Origin: a virus
DNA length: 64,000 nucleotides
Virus record (IMG/VR): IMGVR_UViG_3300045988_182490
Strand: one strand, 5' to 3'
Position 1 is the stretch's first letter. Each line of letters begins with the position of its first letter. A program made the position numbers and the translations under genes. Positions 27,560-36,347 of this stretch are shown piece after piece. The notes under the pieces are model-generated. The model was not told where the DNA came from. It worked only from the letters and a program-made list of their open reading frames with translations, and ran no database searches.

Positions 27560-27603
27560 TTTTGTGCAGAAAAATCTAAAATCCATAAAATCTGTCATAT
27601 TAA
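27560..27603 (+). promoter_or_regulatory. bipartite promoter cassette TTGTGCAGAAA-N17-weak -10 followed by TCTGTCATATTAA box (representative)
   Basis: same architecture at 3476-3520, 32887-32929, 50296-50340, 1103-1145. Confidence 0.45.
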
Positions 27604-27634
27604 AGATAGCAAATAACATTCAGGAGGAAAAATA

Positions 27635-27862
27635 ATGAAAAAAGTATTAGTAAAACTATCAAGCGTAGAAATGGTAAAAGATTTCAATTCCAAATTATTC
27701 CCGTTGGAAGGAGAATTTGATCTTGGGACCGGCCATTATATTGTGGATGCAAGGAGTATTATGGGTATCTTCAGCCTGGATTTGTCTAAACCTTTAAACC
27801 TGACAATCCATTCTTCTGATCCCGATGCCGTTGTAGCTGCTTTAAAAGATTTTATCGTTTAA
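27635..27862 (+). CDS. HPr-like phosphocarrier-fold protein
   Basis: 75 aa; VDARSIMGIFSLDLSKPLNLTIHSSDPDAVVAAL parallels HPr NLKSIMGVMSLGVAKDAEITI...DEADAIQAI. Confidence 0.4.
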   Translation: MKKVLVKLSSVEMVKDFNSKLFPLEGEFDLGTGHYIVDARSIMGIFSLDLSKPLNLTIHSSDPDAVVAALKDFIV

Positions 27863-27871
27863 AAGTCGCCT

Positions 27872-28189
27872 ATGAAAACTTCTAATCATGCTAAAACACG
27901 GATTAAAGAACGTTGTGGACTGGGAAAAAATAGCGGTGATCGTTTAGCTGCTATTGCTTTAGAAAAAGGATTAAAAAGGAATGAAGCAAATGGGCAGCTA
28001 AAAAGATATATGGATAAGCTGTATTTCACTAATCCCGATGCAGGAAATATTCGAATATATGCGGAAAAAGTTTGGATATTTTCCGAAGACAAATTGGTTA
28101 CTGTTTTTGGAATTTCCAAAGGTCTTAAGGATCAAGCCAATACGCAAATCAAAAGAAAATCAAGAAAGGAGAATTATATGGGAAACTAA
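27872..28189 (+). CDS. hypothetical basic protein
   Basis: 105 aa. Confidence 0.4.
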   Translation: MKTSNHAKTRIKERCGLGKNSGDRLAAIALEKGLKRNEANGQLKRYMDKLYFTNPDAGNIRIYAEKVWIFSEDKLVTVFGISKGLKDQANTQIKRKSRKENYMGN

Positions 28190-28382
28190 GAATACGTAAT
28201 TTTATTTCTATAATAAGTCTTTCATTAACACTAATTATTATGGTAACACTGATGTTAAGCTCTGTTGCAATGATGGTTCCAACATCATCTATAGTGGTTA
28301 CCGACAACAAATAGCCCTATTAAAAATACACATATAAAAGGAGAAACTAAAGTGACGAGTTTATCGTAAAGTAGGAGGAAGC

Positions 28383-29138
28383 ATGAGAACAAAAAAACGC
28401 AGAGTATTGTCTTTTATTAGTCTGAGTTTTGCGTTGATCATCATGACAACATTGATGTTGGGATCTGTGGTAATGGCAGCTCCCACATCGGATATGTTGG
28501 TGATTGACAATGCGGATATGCTGACAAAAGAAGAAGAACAGACAATCGAAAGTGCATTATATCAGATTTATAAACAAACCGATATCGAATATGTCGTATA
28601 TTTAGCACCATCACTAGACGGCAAAACTGTCGAAGAAGCATCTTTGGAAGCCGGTAGAAAATTAGGCATCGGTGATAAAGAGGATAACACAGGATTACTT
28701 ATTTATGTAGCTCTGGCAGACAGAGAATTTCGAATGGAAGTAGGTTATGGACTGGAAGGCGTGATTCCGGATTCACAGGCAAAAAAGATTATCGATTGTA
28801 TGCCATCTTTCTTTAAAGAAGAAAAATATGCGGACGGTCTTTTAGCTGCGATTACTAAGACAGTATCCGTTTTAAATGATTCTGGGGAATATACCATTTC
28901 GCAGGATGACAACTATGTTGTAGAGACAGACACAGATGATGACGACCTACTGGTAGGAATGATTGTCGTCATTGTATTTATTGTTGTATTATGTGTGATT
29001 TCAGCATTCGTTGATGGTGGTTCTGGTTCCTTATTATCAGGTCATTATTATTCAAGCGGATATAGCAGTAGTTCCCATTCGAGCGGATCCTTTGGCGGTG
29101 GTAGCTTTGGAGGCGGTGGCGCTTCGGGAGGTTGGTAA
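28383..29138 (+). CDS. TPM-domain (YgcG/Psb32-like) membrane protein with Gly/Ser-rich tail
   Basis: 251 aa; signal/TM, TPM motifs VIDNADMLTKEEEQ...GLLIYVALADREFRMEVGYGLEG, C-terminal TM and GGGS tail. Confidence 0.8.
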   Translation: MRTKKRRVLSFISLSFALIIMTTLMLGSVVMAAPTSDMLVIDNADMLTKEEEQTIESALYQIYKQTDIEYVVYLAPSLDGKTVEEASLEAGRKLGIGDKEDNTGLLIYVALADREFRMEVGYGLEGVIPDSQAKKIIDCMPSFFKEEKYADGLLAAITKTVSVLNDSGEYTISQDDNYVVETDTDDDDLLVGMIVVIVFIVVLCVISAFVDGGSGSLLSGHYYSSGYSSSSHSSGSFGGGSFGGGGASGGW

Positions 29139-29139
29139 A

Positions 29140-29328
29140 ATGGCTTTAGTAGATGTATCACTTGTGGCGGTGATTGTGCTATCCATTACGATGACTCTTG
29201 TATATGGATTGCCACTTATTGAGCAAATAAAGAATAAAAAAGTTAATATAATACAAATGTTAGCTGTATGTTTATTTATTTGCGCAACAATATCAGGAAT
29301 AATTATTTTATATTTTATAAGGAGATAA
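29140..29328 (+). CDS. small two-TM membrane protein, flanked by 30-bp direct repeats
   Basis: 62 aa; start overlaps TPM stop (TAAAATG). Confidence 0.4.
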   Translation: MALVDVSLVAVIVLSITMTLVYGLPLIEQIKNKKVNIIQMLAVCLFICATISGIIILYFIRR

Positions 29329-29364
29329 TTTGGCGGTAGCGCTTCGGGAGGTTGGTAAAGAAAA

Positions 29365-29604
29365 GTGAATAAAGAAAATGTGTATGATTTAGCAAAAAGG
29401 CTGGCTGAACCATATTTTGACGAACAACAGATTCCAATGATTGGCGCCACGATAGTAGATGGATATCTGTATGCAAAAGGAGAAGACAGAGGATTTCCAC
29501 ATAGAAGTGATGCTATAAAAATTGATTTGAGTACTGAGAAAATTATTGAAAGTTATGGGGCTAGAGGATGTCCAGTAACTATCAACAAAATTGAAATTTC
29601 ATAA
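29365..29604 (+). CDS. hypothetical protein (GTG start)
   Basis: 79 aa. Confidence 0.4.
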   Translation: MNKENVYDLAKRLAEPYFDEQQIPMIGATIVDGYLYAKGEDRGFPHRSDAIKIDLSTEKIIESYGARGCPVTINKIEIS

Positions 29605-29618
29605 GAAGGAGATAACAT

Positions 29619-30176
29619 ATGAAAAATAAAGGATGGGTAGTATTAGTTGTAGTAATCTGCGCAATTGTGCTTTTGTTTGGAGGTTCTTATAACTCTTTAC
29701 AGCGTGCAGATGAAAATGTAAATGAAAAATGGGCACAGGTGGAAAATCAGTTACAGCGTAGATATGATCTGATTCCACAGTTGGTATCCGTAGTAAAGCA
29801 GTACTCCGATTATGAAGCATCTACATTGGAAAGTGTTGTTGCTTTGCGCGGGGATGGCACTTTGGGTGAAGAAGCTGCCGCAGATTCCGCTTATCAGTCC
29901 GCAATGAAAGAATTCAATATTGCGGTGGAAGCATATCCGGAATTAAAGGCAAGTGAAGAGTATAGTCAGTTGATGACTGATCTTGCAGGCACCGAAAATC
30001 GAATTGCCGTAGCAAGAAAAGACTATAATGACGCCGTAAGTTCCTTAAACAAAAAGATTCGTTCCTTCCCCATGAATATCATTGCAAATATGAGTGGTGT
30101 AGATAGCAGATATTATTTTGAAGCAAGTGACAATGCCTCAGAAGTACCCAATGTATCGGAGCTATTTAATCAGTAA
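29619..30176 (+). CDS. lemA: LemA family protein
   Basis: 185 aa; N-terminal TM then YNSLQRADENVNEKWAQVENQLQRRYDLIPQLV signature. Confidence 0.85.
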   Translation: MKNKGWVVLVVVICAIVLLFGGSYNSLQRADENVNEKWAQVENQLQRRYDLIPQLVSVVKQYSDYEASTLESVVALRGDGTLGEEAAADSAYQSAMKEFNIAVEAYPELKASEEYSQLMTDLAGTENRIAVARKDYNDAVSSLNKKIRSFPMNIIANMSGVDSRYYFEASDNASEVPNVSELFNQ

Positions 30177-30199
30177 GGCAACTAAAAAAGGAAGAATAT

Positions 30200-30403
30200 A
30201 TGAGATATTTATTATATATTTTACCACCTATAAGTTTTATTATGGGAATTTGGAGAATCGTATCTGCAATAAAACATTGTCATGATCCGGATTTTGCGAT
30301 TCAGTTGGTTCTTGGATTCTTTTTAATCCTTGCGAGTGTAGTATTCTTCTTCTGTAATATAGTAACATGGGAGTTTAATGTAATTCCTCCAGCAGGATAT
30401 TGA
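30200..30403 (+). CDS. small membrane protein
   Basis: 67 aa, two hydrophobic helices. Confidence 0.45.
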   Translation: MRYLLYILPPISFIMGIWRIVSAIKHCHDPDFAIQLVLGFFLILASVVFFFCNIVTWEFNVIPPAGY

Positions 30404-30477
30404 TAGGAGAAAGAAAATAGAAAATAAAAATATAGATTACGAATCAAAACAAAAAAACACAAAAGGAGAAAATTAAA

Positions 30478-31188
30478 ATGAAGAAAAATGCATTAATTAT
30501 TTTAACAACAGTTATTTTATGTATGACTGGATGTGGATACAAACCAATAAATACTGAAAGTACATTAGAAAATTATATTGATACAATCGCAAATGACATT
30601 CCCACGGAAAATTATATATCATTGGAAACTTCAGAAACTGAAGCTACTTTAGATTCGGTTTCTGAAACACCTCGGGAAATCGATTTTCCAGTTTACCGTG
30701 TAAACTCTGTATTTTCGCAGGAATATTTTTATGTCCCGTATAACGGAGATGCAACAACTTATGAAGTAAAGAGTGGCAAAAAAGACGAAATAGAAAATTA
30801 TAATACTAACGGAAATTTTCTTATATGTGAAGAAAATGGAACTGAAGTTTATTACGCAGATTCACGCGTTGAAAACGAAGACGTAACTGATGCAAATGAT
30901 CCCTTTATTTCATTGAATATATATAACATTGGCGATGAAAAAGACTGCGAAGAATATTCCACAAAATCCGGCGCACCGGTATACATATTCCACAAAAATC
31001 TCGAAGATAAATTCTATGTCTGCATTATGCAGAAAGTAAGAGATTTAGATGACAATGATCTTTTACGAATAGAGATACTTACACCTGATTTTGAAGCGGA
31101 TATACATGAACTAGCTGATAAATATGCGCTTGATATGACCAAAACACAGGATGAATTAAGAGAAATTTACGAAAGTAATACAAAATAA
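30478..31188 (+). CDS. lipoprotein
   Basis: 236 aa; signal peptide with lipobox LCMTGC. Confidence 0.6.
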   Translation: MKKNALIILTTVILCMTGCGYKPINTESTLENYIDTIANDIPTENYISLETSETEATLDSVSETPREIDFPVYRVNSVFSQEYFYVPYNGDATTYEVKSGKKDEIENYNTNGNFLICEENGTEVYYADSRVENEDVTDANDPFISLNIYNIGDEKDCEEYSTKSGAPVYIFHKNLEDKFYVCIMQKVRDLDDNDLLRIEILTPDFEADIHELADKYALDMTKTQDELREIYESNTK

Positions 31189-31210
31189 TATATTAAAGGA
31201 GAAAATTAAA

Positions 31211-32845
31211 ATGAATGGAATTAACATTGGAGTAATCGTAGCAGTTGTAGCTGTTGTGGCGGTGCTTGGCATTTTGATGTCCGGGTATGTAAAGGCATCC
31301 CCGGATAAGGCGTACATCATTTCCGGTCTCAAAAAGGAACCTAAAGTACTTATTGGTCGTGCCGGTATTAAGATTCCCTTTTTAGAGAAAAAGGATGAAT
31401 TGATGCTAAGACAGATCAGTATCGATATTAAGACAAACGGATATATTCCCACCAAGGATTTTATCGGTGTAGATATTGATGCAGTAGCAAAGGTCAGAGT
31501 TTTGACCGCAAAAGATATTACCGTAAATAAAGAGGGAAATATTCTGCCTGGTTGTGATCCAAATAAGAGAGTTACCCATGAAATGGTACAGGCAGCGATG
31601 AAGAACTTCTTAAATATGAAGGAACAGCAGATTCGTGAAGCACTGACCGATTCCTTACAGGGTAATATGCGTGAGATTATCGGTACCCAGTGTTTAAAGG
31701 AGTTGTGTAACGATCGTAAGACCTTTGGTGACGAGGTACAGGCAAAAGCACAGAAAGATATGAATGCTCTGGGTATCTGGATCGAGTCCTGTAACATCCA
31801 GAAGATCGAGGATGAGAACAACCTGATCACTGCTTTGGGACAGGATAACATGTCCCAGATCCAGAAGGACGCTTCCGTAGCAAAGGCACAGGCAGACAGA
31901 GATGTGGCCATCGCCAGAGCACAGGCACAGAAGGATGCCAATGATGCACAGGTCATCGCAGAGACCGAGATCGCACAGAAGCAGACTGAGCTGGCGATCA
32001 AGAAGGCAGAACTGAAGAAAGAGTCCGATATCAAGAAGGCAGAAGCTGACGCAGCATATAAGATCCAGGAAGAGGAACAGCGTAAGACCGTGGAGATCAC
32101 CACAGCGAATGCGAACCTGGCCCGTCAGGAGAAGGAACTGGAATTAAAGGAGAGAGAAGTATCCATCAAGGAGAAAGCTCTGGAAGCTGAGGTCAAGAAG
32201 ACCGCAGAAGCAAACAAATACGCAGCACAGCAGAAGGCAGATGCCGAGCAGTATGAGAGACAGAAGAGAGCGGAGGCCGAACTCTTCGAGATCCAGAGAC
32301 AGGCAGAGGCAGAAAAGGCAAAATCCGAGGCAGAAAGATTCGCCAAGGAGCAGGCGGCAGAGGCAGTCAAGGCAGCAGGCCTGGCAGAGGCAGCAGCTGT
32401 AGCAGCCAAAGGTAAGGCGGAAGCAGAAGCCATTCAGGCAAAAGCAGAGGCAGAGGCAGCCGGTATTCTGAAGAAAGCGGAAGCTATGAAACAGTACGGC
32501 GATGCTGCAAGACAGCAGATGGAGCTGGATACTTTGAAAGTATACTTCGAACAGCTGCCTAAGATTGCAGAGGCAGTGGCAAAGGGCTACACCAATGTTG
32601 ACTCCATTAAGATGTTTGGTGGAAATACCAGCCAGCTTGCAGGGGATATTATGACCACCATTACACAGGTATCTGATGGTATTAAAGAATCTACCGGTAT
32701 TGATCCGACTGAAGCACTGAAAGGTGCTTTAAAAAAGAAGGACTCTAATGTAAAAACATCTGATCTTAAGGATGATTATACAGAAGTAACCACCTTATCA
32801 AACGCATCAACGGAAACCGATACAGATATGCTTTCTGAAGAATAA
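31211..32845 (+). CDS. flotillin-like SPFH/band-7 protein (FloT/YuaG-like)
   Basis: 544 aa; N-terminal TM, SPFH start PDKAYIISGL, long Ala/Glu-rich coiled coil (AEAEKAKSEAER...), FloT-like C-terminus. Confidence 0.85.
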   Translation: MNGINIGVIVAVVAVVAVLGILMSGYVKASPDKAYIISGLKKEPKVLIGRAGIKIPFLEKKDELMLRQISIDIKTNGYIPTKDFIGVDIDAVAKVRVLTAKDITVNKEGNILPGCDPNKRVTHEMVQAAMKNFLNMKEQQIREALTDSLQGNMREIIGTQCLKELCNDRKTFGDEVQAKAQKDMNALGIWIESCNIQKIEDENNLITALGQDNMSQIQKDASVAKAQADRDVAIARAQAQKDANDAQVIAETEIAQKQTELAIKKAELKKESDIKKAEADAAYKIQEEEQRKTVEITTANANLARQEKELELKEREVSIKEKALEAEVKKTAEANKYAAQQKADAEQYERQKRAEAELFEIQRQAEAEKAKSEAERFAKEQAAEAVKAAGLAEAAAVAAKGKAEAEAIQAKAEAEAAGILKKAEAMKQYGDAARQQMELDTLKVYFEQLPKIAEAVAKGYTNVDSIKMFGGNTSQLAGDIMTTITQVSDGIKESTGIDPTEALKGALKKKDSNVKTSDLKDDYTEVTTLSNASTETDTDMLSEE

Positions 32846-32857
32846 TATGTAGCTATA

Positions 32858-32890
32858 ATCCCACGGTTTATTCATGCCGTGGGATTTTTG
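32858..32890 (+). terminator. intrinsic terminator
   Basis: ATCCCACGG-loop-CCGTGGGAT hairpin plus TTTTTG. Confidence 0.6.
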
Positions 32891-32992
32891 TGCAGAAAAA
32901 TACATTTAATCATAAATCTGTCATAATAAAGATAAAGAACATAAATGGTAATTAGATGGTACATTAAACTAAAATTTAAAGGAGAACATAAA

Positions 32993-33142
32993 ATGAAAAA
33001 AGATATTTTTTATTACGGGATGAATATTCACACTGGAAAACCTATTTACTATGACAGAAGGCAATCTGCTTATTCGAATAGTTTAATTACTGGAACTTCT
33101 GAAACTGGAAAAAGTACCTTTGCAATAAAAGAAATTGAATAA
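32993..33142 (+). pseudogene. N-terminal fragment of a P-loop NTPase (Walker A GTSETGKST), truncated exactly at the TnpB element insertion
   Basis: 49 codons, stop codon TAA abuts IS left end at 33143; no continuation downstream of the IS. Confidence 0.45.
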
Positions 33143-33240
33143 CTTCCGGCGCATTCCCCGTCTATAGCGTAACTTAGGCGGGGTAAGCCGGTTAATCTCT
33201 TGTTAACCAATAACACTATATAAGGAAAGGATTAAACTGT

Positions 33241-34569
33241 ATGAAGATCATTACTTCCTACAATGTACGTCTGAAAACAGAATACATTTCAGCCATGAAG
33301 CAGACCGTAATGCTTTATACAGATGCAGTCTGTTTCTATATGGATGTCATTCTGGAGGAGTGGAACACGTTTGCAGGCTTGAGCACCAATGAAGCCGTTC
33401 TGTGTGCCGAGAGGTTATCCCATGCCACCACAGCACATCCGGCTCCGAAGTATGACTTTGATGGACGATTTCCAAAGTTCCCATGTTACCTGCGCAGGGC
33501 TGCTATCAGTAGTGCATTTGGTAAATGCTGTGCTTACATCAGCAGTCTTGCTAACTGGGAAAAGCTGGATCCTGCAGTCAGAAAGAAAGCTCCCGGCAGG
33601 CCGCGTATTACCATGGAGATGCCGGCTTTCTACAAAGGAAACATGTTTGTGCGGACCGGTGACTATACCGCAAGACTGAAGTTATTTTACCGGAATGACT
33701 GGCAGTATGTGGACGTCGGCCTGCGTAAGTGTGATGTGGATTATTTATTACGACACTGTGGATCCCGGAAGGAATCCTCACCGGTGCTGCGGCATTGCCA
33801 CAAGGTATGGGAACTGTGCTTTTCTTATGAAGAGGACCGGATGCTCAATAAGACACCGGTTTCCGGCCAACGAATCCTTGCTGTGGATCTTGGCATCCAT
33901 AATCCCTGTACCTGCTGCGTTATGACTTCGGATGGTACTGTCCTGGGGCGGCATTTCCATAAAGCCCCGGTAGAAGAAGACTCTCTGAATCATAAACTCG
34001 GCAAGATCAGGAAGGCTCAGCGCCAAGGCAGTCAGCGCATACCTAAGAAATGGGCTTCCATCCATGGTTCGAATACCAGTATTTCCCGGAAGACTGCGGA
34101 TTTCATTATCAGCATGGCCGTACTCTATAACGTAGATGTCATCGTTATGGAGTATCTGGATACTTCAGGAAAGAAACACGGCTCCGGTAAGCAGCGTCTG
34201 CATATGTGGCGTAAGGCAGCCATCTGGAAGCAGACAGAGCTTCAGGCCCACAGACTCGGGATCCGTGTCAGCCGGGTATGTGCCTATAATACCTCAAGAC
34301 TGGCATTCGACGGATCCGGAAGTGTACTGCGCGGCCGGGAAGCAGATCTGGGTTCCTACAGTATCTGCCAGTTCCGGACCGGCAAGATATATAACTGTGA
34401 CCTGAATGCATCCTACAACATAGGAGCTAGATATTTCATAAGAGAACTCTTAAAACCTTTTTCTGAAAAGGAAAAGTTGCCCGTCCTGGCAAAAGTCCCG
34501 GACTGTGGTAAGAGAAGCACCTGCACCCTGGCTTCGCTCATTAGACTGAATGCGGTTCTGGCAGCGTAA
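33241..34569 (+). CDS. tnpB: TnpB (OrfB_IS605) RNA-guided nuclease
   Basis: 442 aa; RuvC-I LAVDLGIHN, RuvC-II VIVMEYLD, Zn-finger Cys cluster, RuvC-III CDLNASYNIG. Confidence 0.85.
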   Translation: MKIITSYNVRLKTEYISAMKQTVMLYTDAVCFYMDVILEEWNTFAGLSTNEAVLCAERLSHATTAHPAPKYDFDGRFPKFPCYLRRAAISSAFGKCCAYISSLANWEKLDPAVRKKAPGRPRITMEMPAFYKGNMFVRTGDYTARLKLFYRNDWQYVDVGLRKCDVDYLLRHCGSRKESSPVLRHCHKVWELCFSYEEDRMLNKTPVSGQRILAVDLGIHNPCTCCVMTSDGTVLGRHFHKAPVEEDSLNHKLGKIRKAQRQGSQRIPKKWASIHGSNTSISRKTADFIISMAVLYNVDVIVMEYLDTSGKKHGSGKQRLHMWRKAAIWKQTELQAHRLGIRVSRVCAYNTSRLAFDGSGSVLRGREADLGSYSICQFRTGKIYNCDLNASYNIGARYFIRELLKPFSEKEKLPVLAKVPDCGKRSTCTLASLIRLNAVLAA

Positions 34570-34710
34570 AGCTGTTATGTGCTGAGTCCAGACTGTATCC
34601 AAGTCAGGTATTCCAAGTCCCTAAAGGACAAAATAAAATCTATCCGTATGGGTATGTTTTATACTTTGGAAGCACCGCCTATAGCATGAAATGTTTAGGC
34701 GGGGAGTCTT
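34570..34710 (+). ncRNA. putative TnpB right-end guide RNA (reRNA/omega RNA) scaffold
   Basis: non-coding, GC-enriched 140 nt between tnpB stop and RE hairpin, the position of reRNA in IS200/605 elements. Confidence 0.45.
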
Positions 34711-35096
34711 CACAAGCTATGTAGCTTTCAATTAGGAAGAATAATACTTTATAATACCTCTTTCTTAATCAGTTTTAATCAAAGAGCAGCTGGCAGGGAT
34801 ATAATTCAAAAATTATTCAATATAAATGATCAAGTTATGAGCTGTATGCAAAAGGGGTTAGGAGTCGGAAAAGGGTTACAATACATTCATGATAAAAATG
34901 ATGAAATAATTGTATTTCGACAATAGTAGTTATGAAGTGGACCGGTTCTTAACATAAATGTTTATATTTTCGCATTTGCAGACTAAAACCATCTATGAGT
35001 AATCCAAAAATATCTGTCATATTAATTATGGAACAATGAATAAAGGGTTTCGATCTTAACTCTTTAACTATGAGGAAAACCTCTGGAAAGGAGTTT

Positions 35097-35687
35097 ATGA
35101 TCGAAACCTATCAGAATTACCAAAATTACACAAAACTTCTTGATTTATTAAAACAATATGATTTTACCACATACACCCACAGTATGAGAGTAGCTAAAAA
35201 TGCTGCCGTTCTCACCAAAACGACCGATCTCATAAATACGGATCCAGAAATATTTATAATGGGTTGTGCTTTACATGATATCGGAAAACTTAAAGTACCC
35301 TTGGATATCATTAATAAACCAGAGAAACTATCTAATGTAGAAAAACTCATTATAAATTCGCATACAAGTGATGGGATTAGTTTTGTGACAGAGTTCCCAT
35401 TGGATATACATATGTGTGTTCTTCTCCATCATGAACGGGAAGATGGAACGGGATATCCACTAGGTTTAATGGGTGACCAGATTCCAAATTTCTGTAAAGT
35501 TTTATCTGTTCTGGATGTATTGGATGCATTAACATCTCAACGATCATATAATCACCCAATAACAGACTTTAATGAACTAAATAAAGAGATGAGTGAATTA
35601 AATTTAAACGGATATTATGTAAAAAAAATCATGGATTTAGTTAAAAACGGAAGTATTGTAACGGAAAAGGAGCTTATTTATGATTAA
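35097..35687 (+). CDS. HD-GYP domain protein (c-di-GMP phosphodiesterase family), stand-alone
   Basis: 196 aa; HSMRVAKNA...LHDIGK...HHEREDGTGYPLGL signature. Confidence 0.85.
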   Translation: MIETYQNYQNYTKLLDLLKQYDFTTYTHSMRVAKNAAVLTKTTDLINTDPEIFIMGCALHDIGKLKVPLDIINKPEKLSNVEKLIINSHTSDGISFVTEFPLDIHMCVLLHHEREDGTGYPLGLMGDQIPNFCKVLSVLDVLDALTSQRSYNHPITDFNELNKEMSELNLNGYYVKKIMDLVKNGSIVTEKELIYD

Positions 35688-36342
35688 TAAAATCAGAAAC
35701 TCAAAAATTATTTATCTTATAATTACACTTGTTATTATTTTAATAATTGTTTTTACTATCATACATTTTTCAAATAATAAAGCACTATCAGATACAACAG
35801 ATATACTGGATGTATCCGGAAATGATATTTCCGGTAATGATATCTCAGGCAACGATTTTGCTGATAATATTTCTGAAACGGAACAACAAGAAGAAAAAAA
35901 TATTATGCCAAACGTCATTGGAATGAAAATAGATGATGCAACTTATGAGCTGGTAAACAATGGTATCACTTTTTACGATATTGAATGGATTGACGACGAA
36001 CAGCATCCAGGTCAGGTTCTTGAACAGAATATACCAGAAGGAGAAGAAGTAGATGTTTCTATTCCCATATTAATTAAAGTCAGCAGTGCAGAGTACTTCG
36101 AAGAGTCGGAGAAAGACATAAATAATAAAATATATATTCCAGGGGTAGTGGGAGAAAATATTGATGATGCAATTATTGATATCAGTGAAGCCGGATTGAA
36201 AATAGGAGGTATTCTTCCGTATGAAGGATATATTGAATATTCTGATTTTTTTGAAATTGGAAGTGTAGTAGCGCAGGACCCTTCATCCAATACCGAGGTA
36301 GATGCCGGGACAGAAGTAATACTTTATTATAAAGGAGAATAA
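35680..36342 (+). CDS. membrane-anchored protein with two PASTA-like domains and (SGNDI)x3 repeat
   Basis: 220 aa; N-terminal TM; MPNVIGMKIDDATYELVNNGI... and IPGVVGENIDDAIIDISEAGLKIGG... PASTA-like units. Confidence 0.55.
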   Translation: MINKIRNSKIIYLIITLVIILIIVFTIIHFSNNKALSDTTDILDVSGNDISGNDISGNDFADNISETEQQEEKNIMPNVIGMKIDDATYELVNNGITFYDIEWIDDEQHPGQVLEQNIPEGEEVDVSIPILIKVSSAEYFEESEKDINNKIYIPGVVGENIDDAIIDISEAGLKIGGILPYEGYIEYSDFFEIGSVVAQDPSSNTEVDAGTEVILYYKGE

Positions 36343-36347
36343 CGTCA

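Larger units (their letters stand above)
33143..34715 (+). mobile_element. IS200/IS605-family TnpB-only element (IS1341-like), with similar subterminal hairpins at both ends
   Basis: LE hairpin CCCCGTCTATAGCGTAACTTAGGCGGGG (33157-33184) and RE hairpin CCGCCTATAGCATGAAATGTTTAGGCGGGG (34675-34704); tnpB inside; no tnpA. Confidence 0.7.

Noticed and set aside
31156-32433. 315-aa and 102-aa minus-strand ORFs rich in Ala/Ser/Cys
   Set aside because: They are the antisense reading of the flotillin Ala/Glu-rich coiled-coil codons (GCA/GAG repeats); no RBS or promoter.
33389-34405. Alternative-frame and antisense ORFs inside tnpB (33389-33679, 33695-33925, 33778-34065, 34136-34405)
   Set aside because: Internal to a motif-complete TnpB gene with higher GC. 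No independent signals.
35815-35870. 15-bp tandem repeat (GGAAATGATATTTCC variants x3) inside the PASTA protein gene
   Set aside because: Simply encodes an (SGNDI)3 peptide repeat in frame. Too short to be a repeat-mediated variation locus on its own.
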